Positions 26,644 through 34,948 of a stretch of DNA of 64,000 nt are shown here, piece by piece. The stretch covers positions 114,540-178,539 of IMG/VR virus record IMGVR_UViG_3300033485_000001. One strand, written 5' to 3'. Within the stretch, counting starts at the first letter, position 1; each line of letters opens with the position of its first letter. The notes beneath the pieces were generated by a model. It made no database searches. It saw only the letters and a list, made by a program, of their open reading frames with translations, and was not told the origin of the DNA. A program made the translations under genes and the position numbers. The stretch is from a virus.

Positions 26644-28584
26644 ATGATCGTCAAGCAGTGCCAGTTCTCCGGACGGGATGACCACGGGGTCTACGTTCAC
26701 CTCGTACACCCCGGCTACAGCAACGACCAACTGATCAAGAACGCCGCCGCATCCCCACCCCAGCTCGAGCAGATCCAGAGGTTCCTCAAGAGCATGAGCC
26801 GCGCGGACGGGATGCTCTACACCTTGGTCAGCGCGCTCGGTGCCGGGGAGTTCTGGGGATCGAACTCCAACGCCGACTGGTTCGGTATGGACGCCCTGCT
26901 GCACGTCCCTCCCGACTGGGACATGATGCCAGCGGATCAGCAGAAGCTGATGGGGCAGAGGTGGCAGTGGGGCTACCCGACCTTCTACAACGCCTACGCC
27001 TACCAGCACCACGTCAACAAGGATCCGGCGAGAGCCTTCGGGACTGTCGAGTACGTCCTGTGGGACCCCCGCATGAAGAGGGTGCTGCTGATCGTAGGCA
27101 TCAGCCGGCAGAAGGCGCAGCAGCTCGGAGCCCAGGGTGTAGTGGACCGGATCGAGAACGGTGAGTACCCGGACGTCAGCATGGGCTGCAAGGTGCCCTT
27201 CGACGTCTGCTCGATCTGTGGTGAGATGGACTTCATTCGTCCATTCCTCGGCAAGCCCAACGAGATCGTGAGGCTTCACAAGCAGCGTCCCATCCGAGGG
27301 ATCAGCACCACCACCAACGAGTACTGCCAGCACCTCAAGTTCGAGCTGAACAAGATCTACCCGGATGGGCAGCGGGTGATGATGCTCAACATCCACCCCC
27401 GCTTCTTCGACATCAGCTTCGTCTTCATAGGGGCGGACAAGACGAGCAAGATGCTGGCGAAGCTGGCCGCAGGCCAGTGCCCGATCCGGTTGAACGCCCC
27501 AATCTGCAAACACGGCTGCACCCAGTGCAACCCTCAAGGAGTCGTTCCCTCGGCGCACGTCTACAACGTGTGGTCCAGGGAGAAGGTGGCCTCCGATCCA
27601 GTGGAGGAGATCCTCATGGGAACGCCAATCGAGAAGATGACCTACGAGGATCGCTTCGTGACGACGCTCGAAGCTCCAGCAGTGACGAAGACCGCCGCCA
27701 TGAGCGATGAGCTGATCAAGGAAGCCTACGGCCTCGAGGAGTTCGAGGAGGATCCGGCGGAGACAGCTCGCATCTCGGACTACTTCCGACGCAAGGTTGG
27801 TGGCGGCAGGCTGGTCAAGAAGTCGGAGATCGCCAAGCGCGTCTCCTCCCACTTCGGGAAGCACGCCCCGGCCATCGAGCGCAGCGAGCCCGACATCCCG
27901 CACGAGGTCCAGGATGAGATGGCGGAGGATCTGCCTCACGCTCTGAGCTCAGCAGGTGGAATGGGCATCGTCGTGAAGCCCCGAGAGTTCCAGCGCATGA
28001 TGCTGATCTCCTCGGGAAACGGCAGGCTGGCCGACGACCTGGACCATCGGGGAATGATGTTCCGTCCTGGGGCTCCGATGGACCGTAGCTTCGGGATCGC
28101 GGACAGCGTCGTACCGAGGATCCTGGCGGCGCTCATGCCGATGCTCCACCAGCGCAGCTCCTTCGGACCGGCGCTTCACAAGCGGATCACCATCGTCATC
28201 CAGAGCCCCGGTGAGGGGCACGGATGTGACATGGGTCACATGCGTCACATGGGTGGCGATCTCATGGATAAGATCAGCAGTGCGTACACCTCCTACCGGC
28301 GAGGGCTGATCTACAAGACGGCGAGCCTCATTCCGCAGGCTCTGCACGAGAAGCCGGAGATCCTGAACCATCTCTTTGGCGGAGATCTCATTCGATCCTT
28401 CGGAGGGGGTCTTGTCAAAGAGGGGGGCGATGTGATGGAATCGTTGATTGGAGGCATGCTTCCTGTGATCTATTTGAACCAAGCTCACTTCGGAGGGCCT
28501 GTGTCCAAATACGTCCAGGAGCATCTCGATCTCAGAGGGCTCACCAATGCAGGTGGGCTCGCAGCCTTTGGCGGGTTGGCGTAG
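26644..28584 (+). CDS. Prohead maturation protease (assemblin/clan SH-like) with C-terminal extension
   Basis: QHHVNKDP (His), DVSMGCKV (Ser), CSICG Zn knuckle; lies upstream of the scaffold-like and capsid genes. Confidence 0.75.
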   Translation: MIVKQCQFSGRDDHGVYVHLVHPGYSNDQLIKNAAASPPQLEQIQRFLKSMSRADGMLYTLVSALGAGEFWGSNSNADWFGMDALLHVPPDWDMMPADQQKLMGQRWQWGYPTFYNAYAYQHHVNKDPARAFGTVEYVLWDPRMKRVLLIVGISRQKAQQLGAQGVVDRIENGEYPDVSMGCKVPFDVCSICGEMDFIRPFLGKPNEIVRLHKQRPIRGISTTTNEYCQHLKFELNKIYPDGQRVMMLNIHPRFFDISFVFIGADKTSKMLAKLAAGQCPIRLNAPICKHGCTQCNPQGVVPSAHVYNVWSREKVASDPVEEILMGTPIEKMTYEDRFVTTLEAPAVTKTAAMSDELIKEAYGLEEFEEDPAETARISDYFRRKVGGGRLVKKSEIAKRVSSHFGKHAPAIERSEPDIPHEVQDEMAEDLPHALSSAGGMGIVVKPREFQRMMLISSGNGRLADDLDHRGMMFRPGAPMDRSFGIADSVVPRILAALMPMLHQRSSFGPALHKRITIVIQSPGEGHGCDMGHMRHMGGDLMDKISSAYTSYRRGLIYKTASLIPQALHEKPEILNHLFGGDLIRSFGGGLVKEGGDVMESLIGGMLPVIYLNQAHFGGPVSKYVQEHLDLRGLTNAGGLAAFGGLA

Positions 28585-28643
28585 GGCCTTGATGGGGCCG
28601 AAGAATCGTCCTCGCCTGTGGTTGAGGGAACTGGAACGAACAC

Positions 28644-28665
28644 AACCAAGGGAGAATGATCAATG
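28644..28665 (+). repeat. 22-nt leader AACCAAGGGAGARTGATCAATG, copy 1
   Basis: 21/22 identical to 31361-31382. Confidence 0.75.
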
Positions 28666-29517
28666 AACGAGTTCCTGAAGGACTACTACAACACCGCCAG
28701 CGGCGGCAACGACGACGCGGACGCCCTCGAGAAGATGGCGCAGCTCACCCTCCTCACCAAGGAGGCAGAGGAGGAGGGGATCGACCTCTCCGGGCTCTCG
28801 GACGACGAGGTCATGCAGCTCGCGGACGAGCTGTACGGCAACGAGGCGGAGACGGGCGGCGACGATCTCGAGAAGGAGGCGCAGGCCAAGTTCGAGGAGG
28901 CCGACTTCCTGGGTCGCGTCATGGCCCACTCGATGTGGCAGGAGCTGGACTCGATCCAGAAGGAGGCCGCCGGCGGCAAGGAGGGCCTCGCCCGCCGTGC
29001 CTGGGGCGCGACCATGGGCCGCCTCGGCGGCGCCGCCGAGGGCAAGGCGCGGGACGTCGCGTCCAACCTCATGCTGAAGACCAAGGAGGTCGAGGGCAAG
29101 AAGGTCCCGTCGGGCGTGGCTCGCGCCCTGATGCGGCTCGGCGGCAAGGGCGGCGAGGGCGTCTCGGACGTCAAGCGCATGAACAAGGCCCTCGCGCGGA
29201 TCGGCGGGGCGGCGCGGGTCGGCTCGCAGGTCGGTGCGGGCGCTGCCGGCGCGGCGGCTCTCGGCGGAGCCGGCTACGGCGGCTACCGTGGCGTGAAGGC
29301 GCTGCGTGAGCGCGGCAAGGAGAAGGAGGGCTCGGCCCTCAACGCGCTGATCGAGCAGCGGGCGATCGAGCACCTGGCGGCGGCGGGCTACGTCGACCAG
29401 CAGGGCAACGTCTACGGCCCCGAGAAGACGGCGTCGGACAACGACTTCAACACCGTCGTCGACAGGGCCGCCCTCGAGCTCCTCGAGCAGAACGGCTACC
29501 CGGTGCAGTGGCGGTAG
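28663..29517 (+). CDS. Scaffold-like head protein with an inserted glycine-zipper segment
   Basis: Acidic helices with LEKMA, TKEA, LEKEA, WQELDSIQKEAA; extreme GC3. Confidence 0.75.
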   Translation: MNEFLKDYYNTASGGNDDADALEKMAQLTLLTKEAEEEGIDLSGLSDDEVMQLADELYGNEAETGGDDLEKEAQAKFEEADFLGRVMAHSMWQELDSIQKEAAGGKEGLARRAWGATMGRLGGAAEGKARDVASNLMLKTKEVEGKKVPSGVARALMRLGGKGGEGVSDVKRMNKALARIGGAARVGSQVGAGAAGAAALGGAGYGGYRGVKALRERGKEKEGSALNALIEQRAIEHLAAAGYVDQQGNVYGPEKTASDNDFNTVVDRAALELLEQNGYPVQWR

Positions 29518-29533
29518 TTGGACAAGTCGGGAA

Positions 29534-29815
29534 ATGGAGCTGACGATGCTACGCGCTATGGTGGATGAGATGAGGAAGATCGCAGCGGTCTCCTCTCCAT
29601 CCATCACAGCGCCCCCGACCCCCGGTGGTGTGAACGGCAATCTCCACGCGGAGCCGCCGTCTCCCGTCTCTGTGGGCAAGATCACGGGCAAAGCACTCGG
29701 AGGCACCAACCTGATGAGGACCAACTACACCGCTGTGAATACAAGAGCGCAGGCACCAGACATCACTCTGACCTCTGAGCAGAAGTCGCTTACGCCGCCA
29801 GTGGTCAGGTCGTAG
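29534..29815 (+). CDS. Small protein with AMVDEMRKIAA tag
   Basis: Tag variant at residues 8-18. Confidence 0.65.
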   Translation: MELTMLRAMVDEMRKIAAVSSPSITAPPTPGGVNGNLHAEPPSPVSVGKITGKALGGTNLMRTNYTAVNTRAQAPDITLTSEQKSLTPPVVRS

Positions 29816-29826
29816 GGAGGTCCGAA

Positions 29827-30942
29827 ATGGGACAGTCTCTGAACAAGCTGATCGAAGCCGCGCTCCTTGACGGCAATGCCGGAGTGATGACGAAGATCGC
29901 TCAGGAAGCCGAGGCCGAGGACGACGACGACGAAGGGAAGTGCGAAGAGTGCGGCAAGGCCGCCGTCGCCGGATCGAAGTTCTGCAAGGAGTGCGCGGAG
30001 AACAAGGCTCGCTCGGAAGAGCGGGCCAGCGGAGTCACTTCGGGAGAGGGAAGCGAGAAGACCTCTTCCGCCCGGATCGAGAAGCTCGCCGCAGCGGTGG
30101 AGTACATCCGGGACAACTTCCTCGAGATCCAGATGCCGGTCGGCAGGGTCAAGATGGCGGAGGGCTCCTCTGCCGATTCGGGACCCGGCGTCGGCGCGAA
30201 CTCGCTCGACACGAACCTGAACAAGGTCACGCCGGGTGAGGCACCCGAGGGGTTCGGTGAGGCCAAGGCCAAGAAGCCGGCCATGACCATCCCCCTCGAG
30301 GCCGGGGCGTCGCCCAACGCGGCGTCCACCGCGATCCAGACCGATGCCGCAACCCCGCCCGGCGGATCCGGGGAGCAGCCCCAGATGATCCAGCCCAGCG
30401 GGACCGGCGGGGCCACTCCCCAGGCGAAGACCGCCAGCGTGAAGCGCATCATGGCCGCCATGATGAAGTCTGCCGCTGACGACTTCGAGGGGAGTTCGTC
30501 GATCAAGGCCCCTCAGTCGATGACGACCACCACGCCGGAAGACAAGCCCTCTGGCGTGGAGCGCCCTGCGGAGGTCACCTCCCAAGAGAAGCTGATCGCC
30601 TCGTCGGATGCAGCGATCGATGCGACGAAGCGTGACGCGAAGGAGGTTCCGAAGAAGCGAATGGGCGACGTCCTGACCGAACCGGCGCTGGCCAAGTCCA
30701 CGGACTCGGCTCTCGACAAGGCGCTGGGGACGCAGGTGGTGACAGAGGCCGGTGCCAAGGTCGCTGCGGCACAGGCCCGCGTCCTGTTGCAGAAGACCGC
30801 GTCGGGCAAGTGCACCTGTGGTGGCAAGCACGAATGCGGGTTCTGCAAGATCGCTTCGCGAATCGGTCAGAAGAGCACGCGGCAGGCTGGAGCCGTGTGG
30901 GACTCTGGCCACAAGCCGGGCACCCCCGCCCGGTCGGTGTAG
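29827..30942 (+). CDS. Scaffold/internal head protein with Zn knuckles and many K-x-A sites
   Basis: CEEC...CKEC, CTC...CGFC; TKIAQ, EKLAA, AKTAS, QKTAS, CKIAS. Confidence 0.7.
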   Translation: MGQSLNKLIEAALLDGNAGVMTKIAQEAEAEDDDDEGKCEECGKAAVAGSKFCKECAENKARSEERASGVTSGEGSEKTSSARIEKLAAAVEYIRDNFLEIQMPVGRVKMAEGSSADSGPGVGANSLDTNLNKVTPGEAPEGFGEAKAKKPAMTIPLEAGASPNAASTAIQTDAATPPGGSGEQPQMIQPSGTGGATPQAKTASVKRIMAAMMKSAADDFEGSSSIKAPQSMTTTTPEDKPSGVERPAEVTSQEKLIASSDAAIDATKRDAKEVPKKRMGDVLTEPALAKSTDSALDKALGTQVVTEAGAKVAAAQARVLLQKTASGKCTCGGKHECGFCKIASRIGQKSTRQAGAVWDSGHKPGTPARSV

Positions 30943-30953
30943 GAGGAGGCGCC

Positions 30954-31331
30954 ATGAAGAAGCTCAGTGCACAGAACGTGGTGGCCATCCTCACCGAGGT
31001 CCCCAGCACCCTCCGGAAGCTCGCTTCGGAGCGAGACAGCTACAAGGCACGGGCTCTCCGCGCCGAGGGGCGTGTCGCCGAGTACGAGCGGAAGGAGCAG
31101 GTCGAGAAGGTCGCGGCGATGATCATGGAGAAGAACCTGAACAAGGGTCAGACCATGGACGAGCTGCGATCAACCCTCATGCAGAAGGCTGCCGAGGGCA
31201 AGCTCGGGGTGGTGGCCGAGGCCGTCAACATGACGGCACGGTCCAACCCGCTCGGGTACCTGGGCGAGGACCGCACGACCGGAAGCGGTGGCCAGGCTGA
31301 GGCGGCGTTCGAGAACGCCATCATCGGCTGA
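30954..31331 (+). CDS. Coiled-coil scaffold-like protein
   Basis: AGGAGGAGG RBS; heptad pattern; RKLAS, EKVAA. Confidence 0.75.
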   Translation: MKKLSAQNVVAILTEVPSTLRKLASERDSYKARALRAEGRVAEYERKEQVEKVAAMIMEKNLNKGQTMDELRSTLMQKAAEGKLGVVAEAVNMTARSNPLGYLGEDRTTGSGGQAEAAFENAIIG

Positions 31332-31360
31332 AGCCAAGGGTGTACGAACAAGGAACCTGA

Positions 31361-31382
31361 AACCAAGGGAGAGTGATCAATG
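31361..31382 (+). repeat. 22-nt leader AACCAAGGGAGARTGATCAATG, copy 2
   Basis: See 28644-28665. Confidence 0.75.
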
Positions 31383-31856
31383 GCATACGAGGCCACATTC
31401 AGACTGCTCACTCCCGTCGCCATGGTGGAGAGGCACGACTTCGTCGTGTCCGACCGGAAGCTGCTCGAGTTCGACAGCCTCGCCCCGGTCCCCCTGCTGA
31501 TGGGTGAGTGGTGCACGCTCGATTCGTCCTACAAGCTCGCCAGGGCCGCGAACCCCGGCGTGCCGCCCGGTCCCTGGGCTCTGTTCACGGAGCTCGGGAG
31601 GTCCGACACCCAGGGCATCGCGGAGGGCAAGGCCCCCGTGCTGTTCCAGGGTTCGTACTGGGCCGAAACCAAGCTCTTCGCGGGTGCGCCGGCCCTCGGT
31701 GCTGCCCTGGAGGTCGCGCAGGTAACGTACCCGGTCGGTGTCTTCCGGTCGGGTCTTCAGACCAAGGGCGTGGGCACGAACCCGGTCATCGGGTACGTGA
31801 CCAAGCTCGCGGCGGACAACGGCGGCTGGCTCCAGTTCCAGCAGACGCTGTACTAG
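31380..31856 (+). CDS. Capsid decoration/cement protein (probable)
   Basis: 158-aa beta-rich protein directly upstream of the MCP, the usual position of lambda gpD-like decoration genes. Confidence 0.6.
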   Translation: MAYEATFRLLTPVAMVERHDFVVSDRKLLEFDSLAPVPLLMGEWCTLDSSYKLARAANPGVPPGPWALFTELGRSDTQGIAEGKAPVLFQGSYWAETKLFAGAPALGAALEVAQVTYPVGVFRSGLQTKGVGTNPVIGYVTKLAADNGGWLQFQQTLY

Positions 31857-31874
31857 GGAAAGGAGGAACAGAAC

Positions 31875-33005
31875 ATGACCACGAGAGCATCAGTCCTGAA
31901 CGATCTGTTCGTCCAGAACCTGGACAGCTGGGAGGGCAAGGAGAAGGTCGCCCAGGCAGGCGGGACCTTCATCCGCGACCGTCTCCGTGAGGTCGCGTTC
32001 TCCAGGCAGGTCATCCCGCCGGAGAACGTTACCAAGGCGGACTGCCAGCGCAGCACCCGGCACGACACCCTCGTCAAGATCATCGACGTGGAGCCCCAGA
32101 GCCGCGCCATGGCGATCACCTTCCGTGGTCAGCCGACGGCCAGGTTCATCCGGGGCGCTCGTGCGGAGATCCCCTTCTTCACCATCTCGTCCGAGAAGTT
32201 CGAGAAGGTGGAGCAGGAGCTGCTCGCCTACGAGATGCCGATCACCCGGATCATCGAGGACAACTCGGTGAAGGACATCCAGGAGATCGAGGACCGCGAG
32301 TTCCTCCTCCACATCGAGGCGGCGGTCCAGGCGATGCAGGCCGAGGCGAACGGCGTCGCCGCCGCGCCGGCCCTCAACAACGCCGCGCTCAACGGCGCCA
32401 CCCCGCCGAAGGAGTTCTCCGTCCGCAAGGGCGAGCTCTGCCGGCAGATCGGCATCACCGACAACTCCTACATCTGGCCGCTCCAGAGGCCGGACCTGGT
32501 CAACCTCCACAAGCTCCTCGACGGCAACCGTCTGCGGGCCGAGAAGGTCCTCATGACGGAGTACGACTTCGACGACCTCAACCAGTGGACCATCGAGGAC
32601 TTCGGCTCGAAGATCGAGAGCGAGACCGCCGTGGACGGGTACAAGTACTCCACGCTGCTCGGCAGGGCGTTCGTCCGCACGATCAAGACGGACATCCTGC
32701 GGCCGGGGAACCTGTACGTGTTCACCTCGCCCGAGTTCCTGGGGAAGTTCTACGTCCTCAACAACACCAAGTTCTACATCGACAAGATCGCGAACCTCAT
32801 CACGTGGCAGTCGTGGGAGGACATCGCGATGTCGATCGTGAACGTGGCCTCGGTCCGGAAGCTCGAGCTCTACTCGGGTGACGCGACGGCCCACAACACG
32901 GACTCGATCCGCGTGGACGTCACGCCGAAGGACGAGGCCGACCTCGGCGCCGTGAACAACCGGGTCGACAGCGGCCTGGTGTTCCCGCAGGTGAAGGTCT
33001 ACTAG
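31875..33005 (+). CDS. Major capsid protein (HK97 fold)
   Basis: 376 aa, strongest RBS and codon bias. AEIPFFTISSEKF...IQEIEDREFL resembles, from memory, capsids of Bxz1-like large myoviruses. EKVA near the N-terminus. Confidence 0.8.
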   Translation: MTTRASVLNDLFVQNLDSWEGKEKVAQAGGTFIRDRLREVAFSRQVIPPENVTKADCQRSTRHDTLVKIIDVEPQSRAMAITFRGQPTARFIRGARAEIPFFTISSEKFEKVEQELLAYEMPITRIIEDNSVKDIQEIEDREFLLHIEAAVQAMQAEANGVAAAPALNNAALNGATPPKEFSVRKGELCRQIGITDNSYIWPLQRPDLVNLHKLLDGNRLRAEKVLMTEYDFDDLNQWTIEDFGSKIESETAVDGYKYSTLLGRAFVRTIKTDILRPGNLYVFTSPEFLGKFYVLNNTKFYIDKIANLITWQSWEDIAMSIVNVASVRKLELYSGDATAHNTDSIRVDVTPKDEADLGAVNNRVDSGLVFPQVKVY

Positions 33006-33008
33006 AGA

Positions 33009-33082
33009 CCGCGCCCTGCGCCGAGCTTTAGTGCGCGCTGAAAGGGCGCGGCGTCCCAACCGGCGCCGCGCCCTTCGCTTCT
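33009..33082 (+). terminator. Terminator-like hairpin with a competing upstream arm
   Basis: AAGGGCGCGGCG (33042-33053)/CGCCGCGCCCTT (33064-33075); CCGCGCCCT at 33009-33017 can pair with the same 5' arm. Confidence 0.6.
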
Positions 33083-33089
33083 GAGGAGG

Positions 33090-33644
33090 ATGATCGTGAG
33101 CGGAACATACGTCATCAGGAACACGAGCAAGAAGGTCCACACCAGGACCACCAGGGCGATGACCCCCGGTCGCAAGTCGGCTGTGCAGAGGGTGTGCGGC
33201 GGCAAGGTCCGGCTCAGTCGTGGGGACAGCGTCGTCATCACTGAGGATCAGTTCAGGACCCACTACGTCGAGCTGGCCCAAGCCTGTGCCAGGGGTCTGA
33301 TCGAGGTTCACGAGGGCGCGTTCAACGGCCCGGTCGTCAAGTTCAACGGCGCCCCTCCGGCGGGTACCCCACAGGAGGAGCCGGAGGAGGTGGTGATCGA
33401 TGTCCAGCCCGAGCCTTCGACTCAAGAAGTTCAGGATCCGGCAAGCGCAGCAGAGCCAGTCGAGGATGACGAGGTCAGCGTCGAGCTGGAAGCCGAGCCC
33501 CAGCTGGCCAGGCCAGAGCCCGACAAGCCCCTCGACAAGATGAACAAGGCCGAGCTGATCGAGTACGCCTCCGAGGTGCTGGGTGAGCGCCAGGAGGACC
33601 TGGAGCTGCTCACCAAGAGGCAGATCCTGGAGAAGATCTCATGA
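33090..33644 (+). CDS. Hypothetical virion protein with C-terminal HeH/Rho-N-like helical motif
   Basis: LDKMNKAELIEYA...LTKRQILEKI. Confidence 0.7.
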   Translation: MIVSGTYVIRNTSKKVHTRTTRAMTPGRKSAVQRVCGGKVRLSRGDSVVITEDQFRTHYVELAQACARGLIEVHEGAFNGPVVKFNGAPPAGTPQEEPEEVVIDVQPEPSTQEVQDPASAAEPVEDDEVSVELEAEPQLARPEPDKPLDKMNKAELIEYASEVLGERQEDLELLTKRQILEKIS

Positions 33645-33949
33645 TCATCTACAACCTCACGGACAGGACCCCTCCCTGGGAGAAGGTGGCCCGGACGGCG
33701 CAGTCCGTGAAGCTGTTCGGCAAGCTCATTCCAGCAGGCGGTCGAGGGGAGTTCCCGAACTTCCCGCTTCGCTCTGTCACTGGGCTCATCAGCTCACACA
33801 CGATCAGCGTGGACAGCCTTCCGGACTGGTACCAGAAGGTGGGCGATGATCTCCGACAGAAGGAGCAGGAGAAGCTGATCAAGTCGAAGTCGGAGCCGCC
33901 GGGAGAGGACGAGAAGCCGAAGAGGCGACCTCGTAGGGAGAGCCGATGA
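33641..33949 (+). CDS. Small hypothetical virion protein
   Basis: Coupled ORF; its N-terminal beta pattern resembles that of the 33090 protein. Confidence 0.65.
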   Translation: MIIYNLTDRTPPWEKVARTAQSVKLFGKLIPAGGRGEFPNFPLRSVTGLISSHTISVDSLPDWYQKVGDDLRQKEQEKLIKSKSEPPGEDEKPKRRPRRESR

Positions 33950-34467
33950 CGACGCTTCAAGGCATGGACAGCGCGCTCATCCCAGGAGCTTCGCAGACGT
34001 TCAACGTCTTCGTGGCTCAGACGCGCTTGTTCATGCGCGACTTCCCGGAGCTGAACCGACTGGTGGCCGGGGAGGAGTCCAGCGACCGCATGATCGCCTT
34101 TGCGGCTTTCGAGGCGCTCTCCGACTTCAACTCCGAGCCACCGAACCTCGGCGTCTACACCTTCGAGATGTTCGTGCAGAAGGGCTGGGTCCACCCCCTG
34201 CGGACAGGGACCATCTGTCAGCTCCTCCACATGGTCGGGCTGCTCCAGACCAGGAACCACCTGCCCTTCTCGGACGGCGGGCTCAATGTGGCCGTGAGCG
34301 ACAAGACTCCGCTGATCCAGGCGTGGATCCAGATCTTCTGCTCGAAGTGGGAGAACTGGAAGCAGAAGACGAAGGTCGCGCAGAACATCGCAGGCATCCT
34401 CACCGGAGCCGGTGGCGTCTCGAGCGAGCTCTTCGCCGTCAACGGGTACTTCGGTACCTACTACTAG
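33946..34467 (+). CDS. Head-tail adaptor/connector (probable)
   Basis: Helical 173-aa ORF after the MCP; position and size typical of adaptors. Confidence 0.55.
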   Translation: MTTLQGMDSALIPGASQTFNVFVAQTRLFMRDFPELNRLVAGEESSDRMIAFAAFEALSDFNSEPPNLGVYTFEMFVQKGWVHPLRTGTICQLLHMVGLLQTRNHLPFSDGGLNVAVSDKTPLIQAWIQIFCSKWENWKQKTKVAQNIAGILTGAGGVSSELFAVNGYFGTYY

Positions 34468-34476
34468 GAGGCCGAG

Positions 34477-34938
34477 ATGGCGACTTGGAGGATTTTCAGG
34501 TTCCGTGAGGACAGGGACCTCTACGACACGCTGAACGGAGCGATCAACTGCCCGCAGGACATCCAGGCTGGAGTCAACGTCGACGGCCTCACCCTCGTCA
34601 TCGATGCGGGGGCGGGTTCCGTCACCGTCACGTTCGCGCCGGCGAAGGGCAGGCCGTGGACCGCAGAGGAGATCGTGGACGCCATCGAGACCACCGCTGG
34701 TCTGGCTGGAGTCGCCTCGTTCTGGAGATCGACGACGGCGCACCAGGGCGGTCAGCAGACGTACCTCCGCCTCGGGATGGACACCGGAACCCTCGTGACG
34801 TTGAAGGGCACTGGGACCGCGAACGCCCTCTTCGGGTGGCCCGCCGTCGACGTGCCGGGGGTTCCCTACCTCCTCGCCGAAGTGAAGTCCGTCTACATGG
34901 TCGACAACAAGACCTGGTACGCCGTGACGTACAAGTAG
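34477..34938 (+). CDS. Stand-alone copy of the sheath insertion domain
   Basis: VDGLTLVID...VTVTF...TAEEIVDAIE...ANALFGW matches the repeated module in the sheath. Confidence 0.6.
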   Translation: MATWRIFRFREDRDLYDTLNGAINCPQDIQAGVNVDGLTLVIDAGAGSVTVTFAPAKGRPWTAEEIVDAIETTAGLAGVASFWRSTTAHQGGQQTYLRLGMDTGTLVTLKGTGTANALFGWPAVDVPGVPYLLAEVKSVYMVDNKTWYAVTYK

Positions 34939-34948
34939 GAGCAAGATC

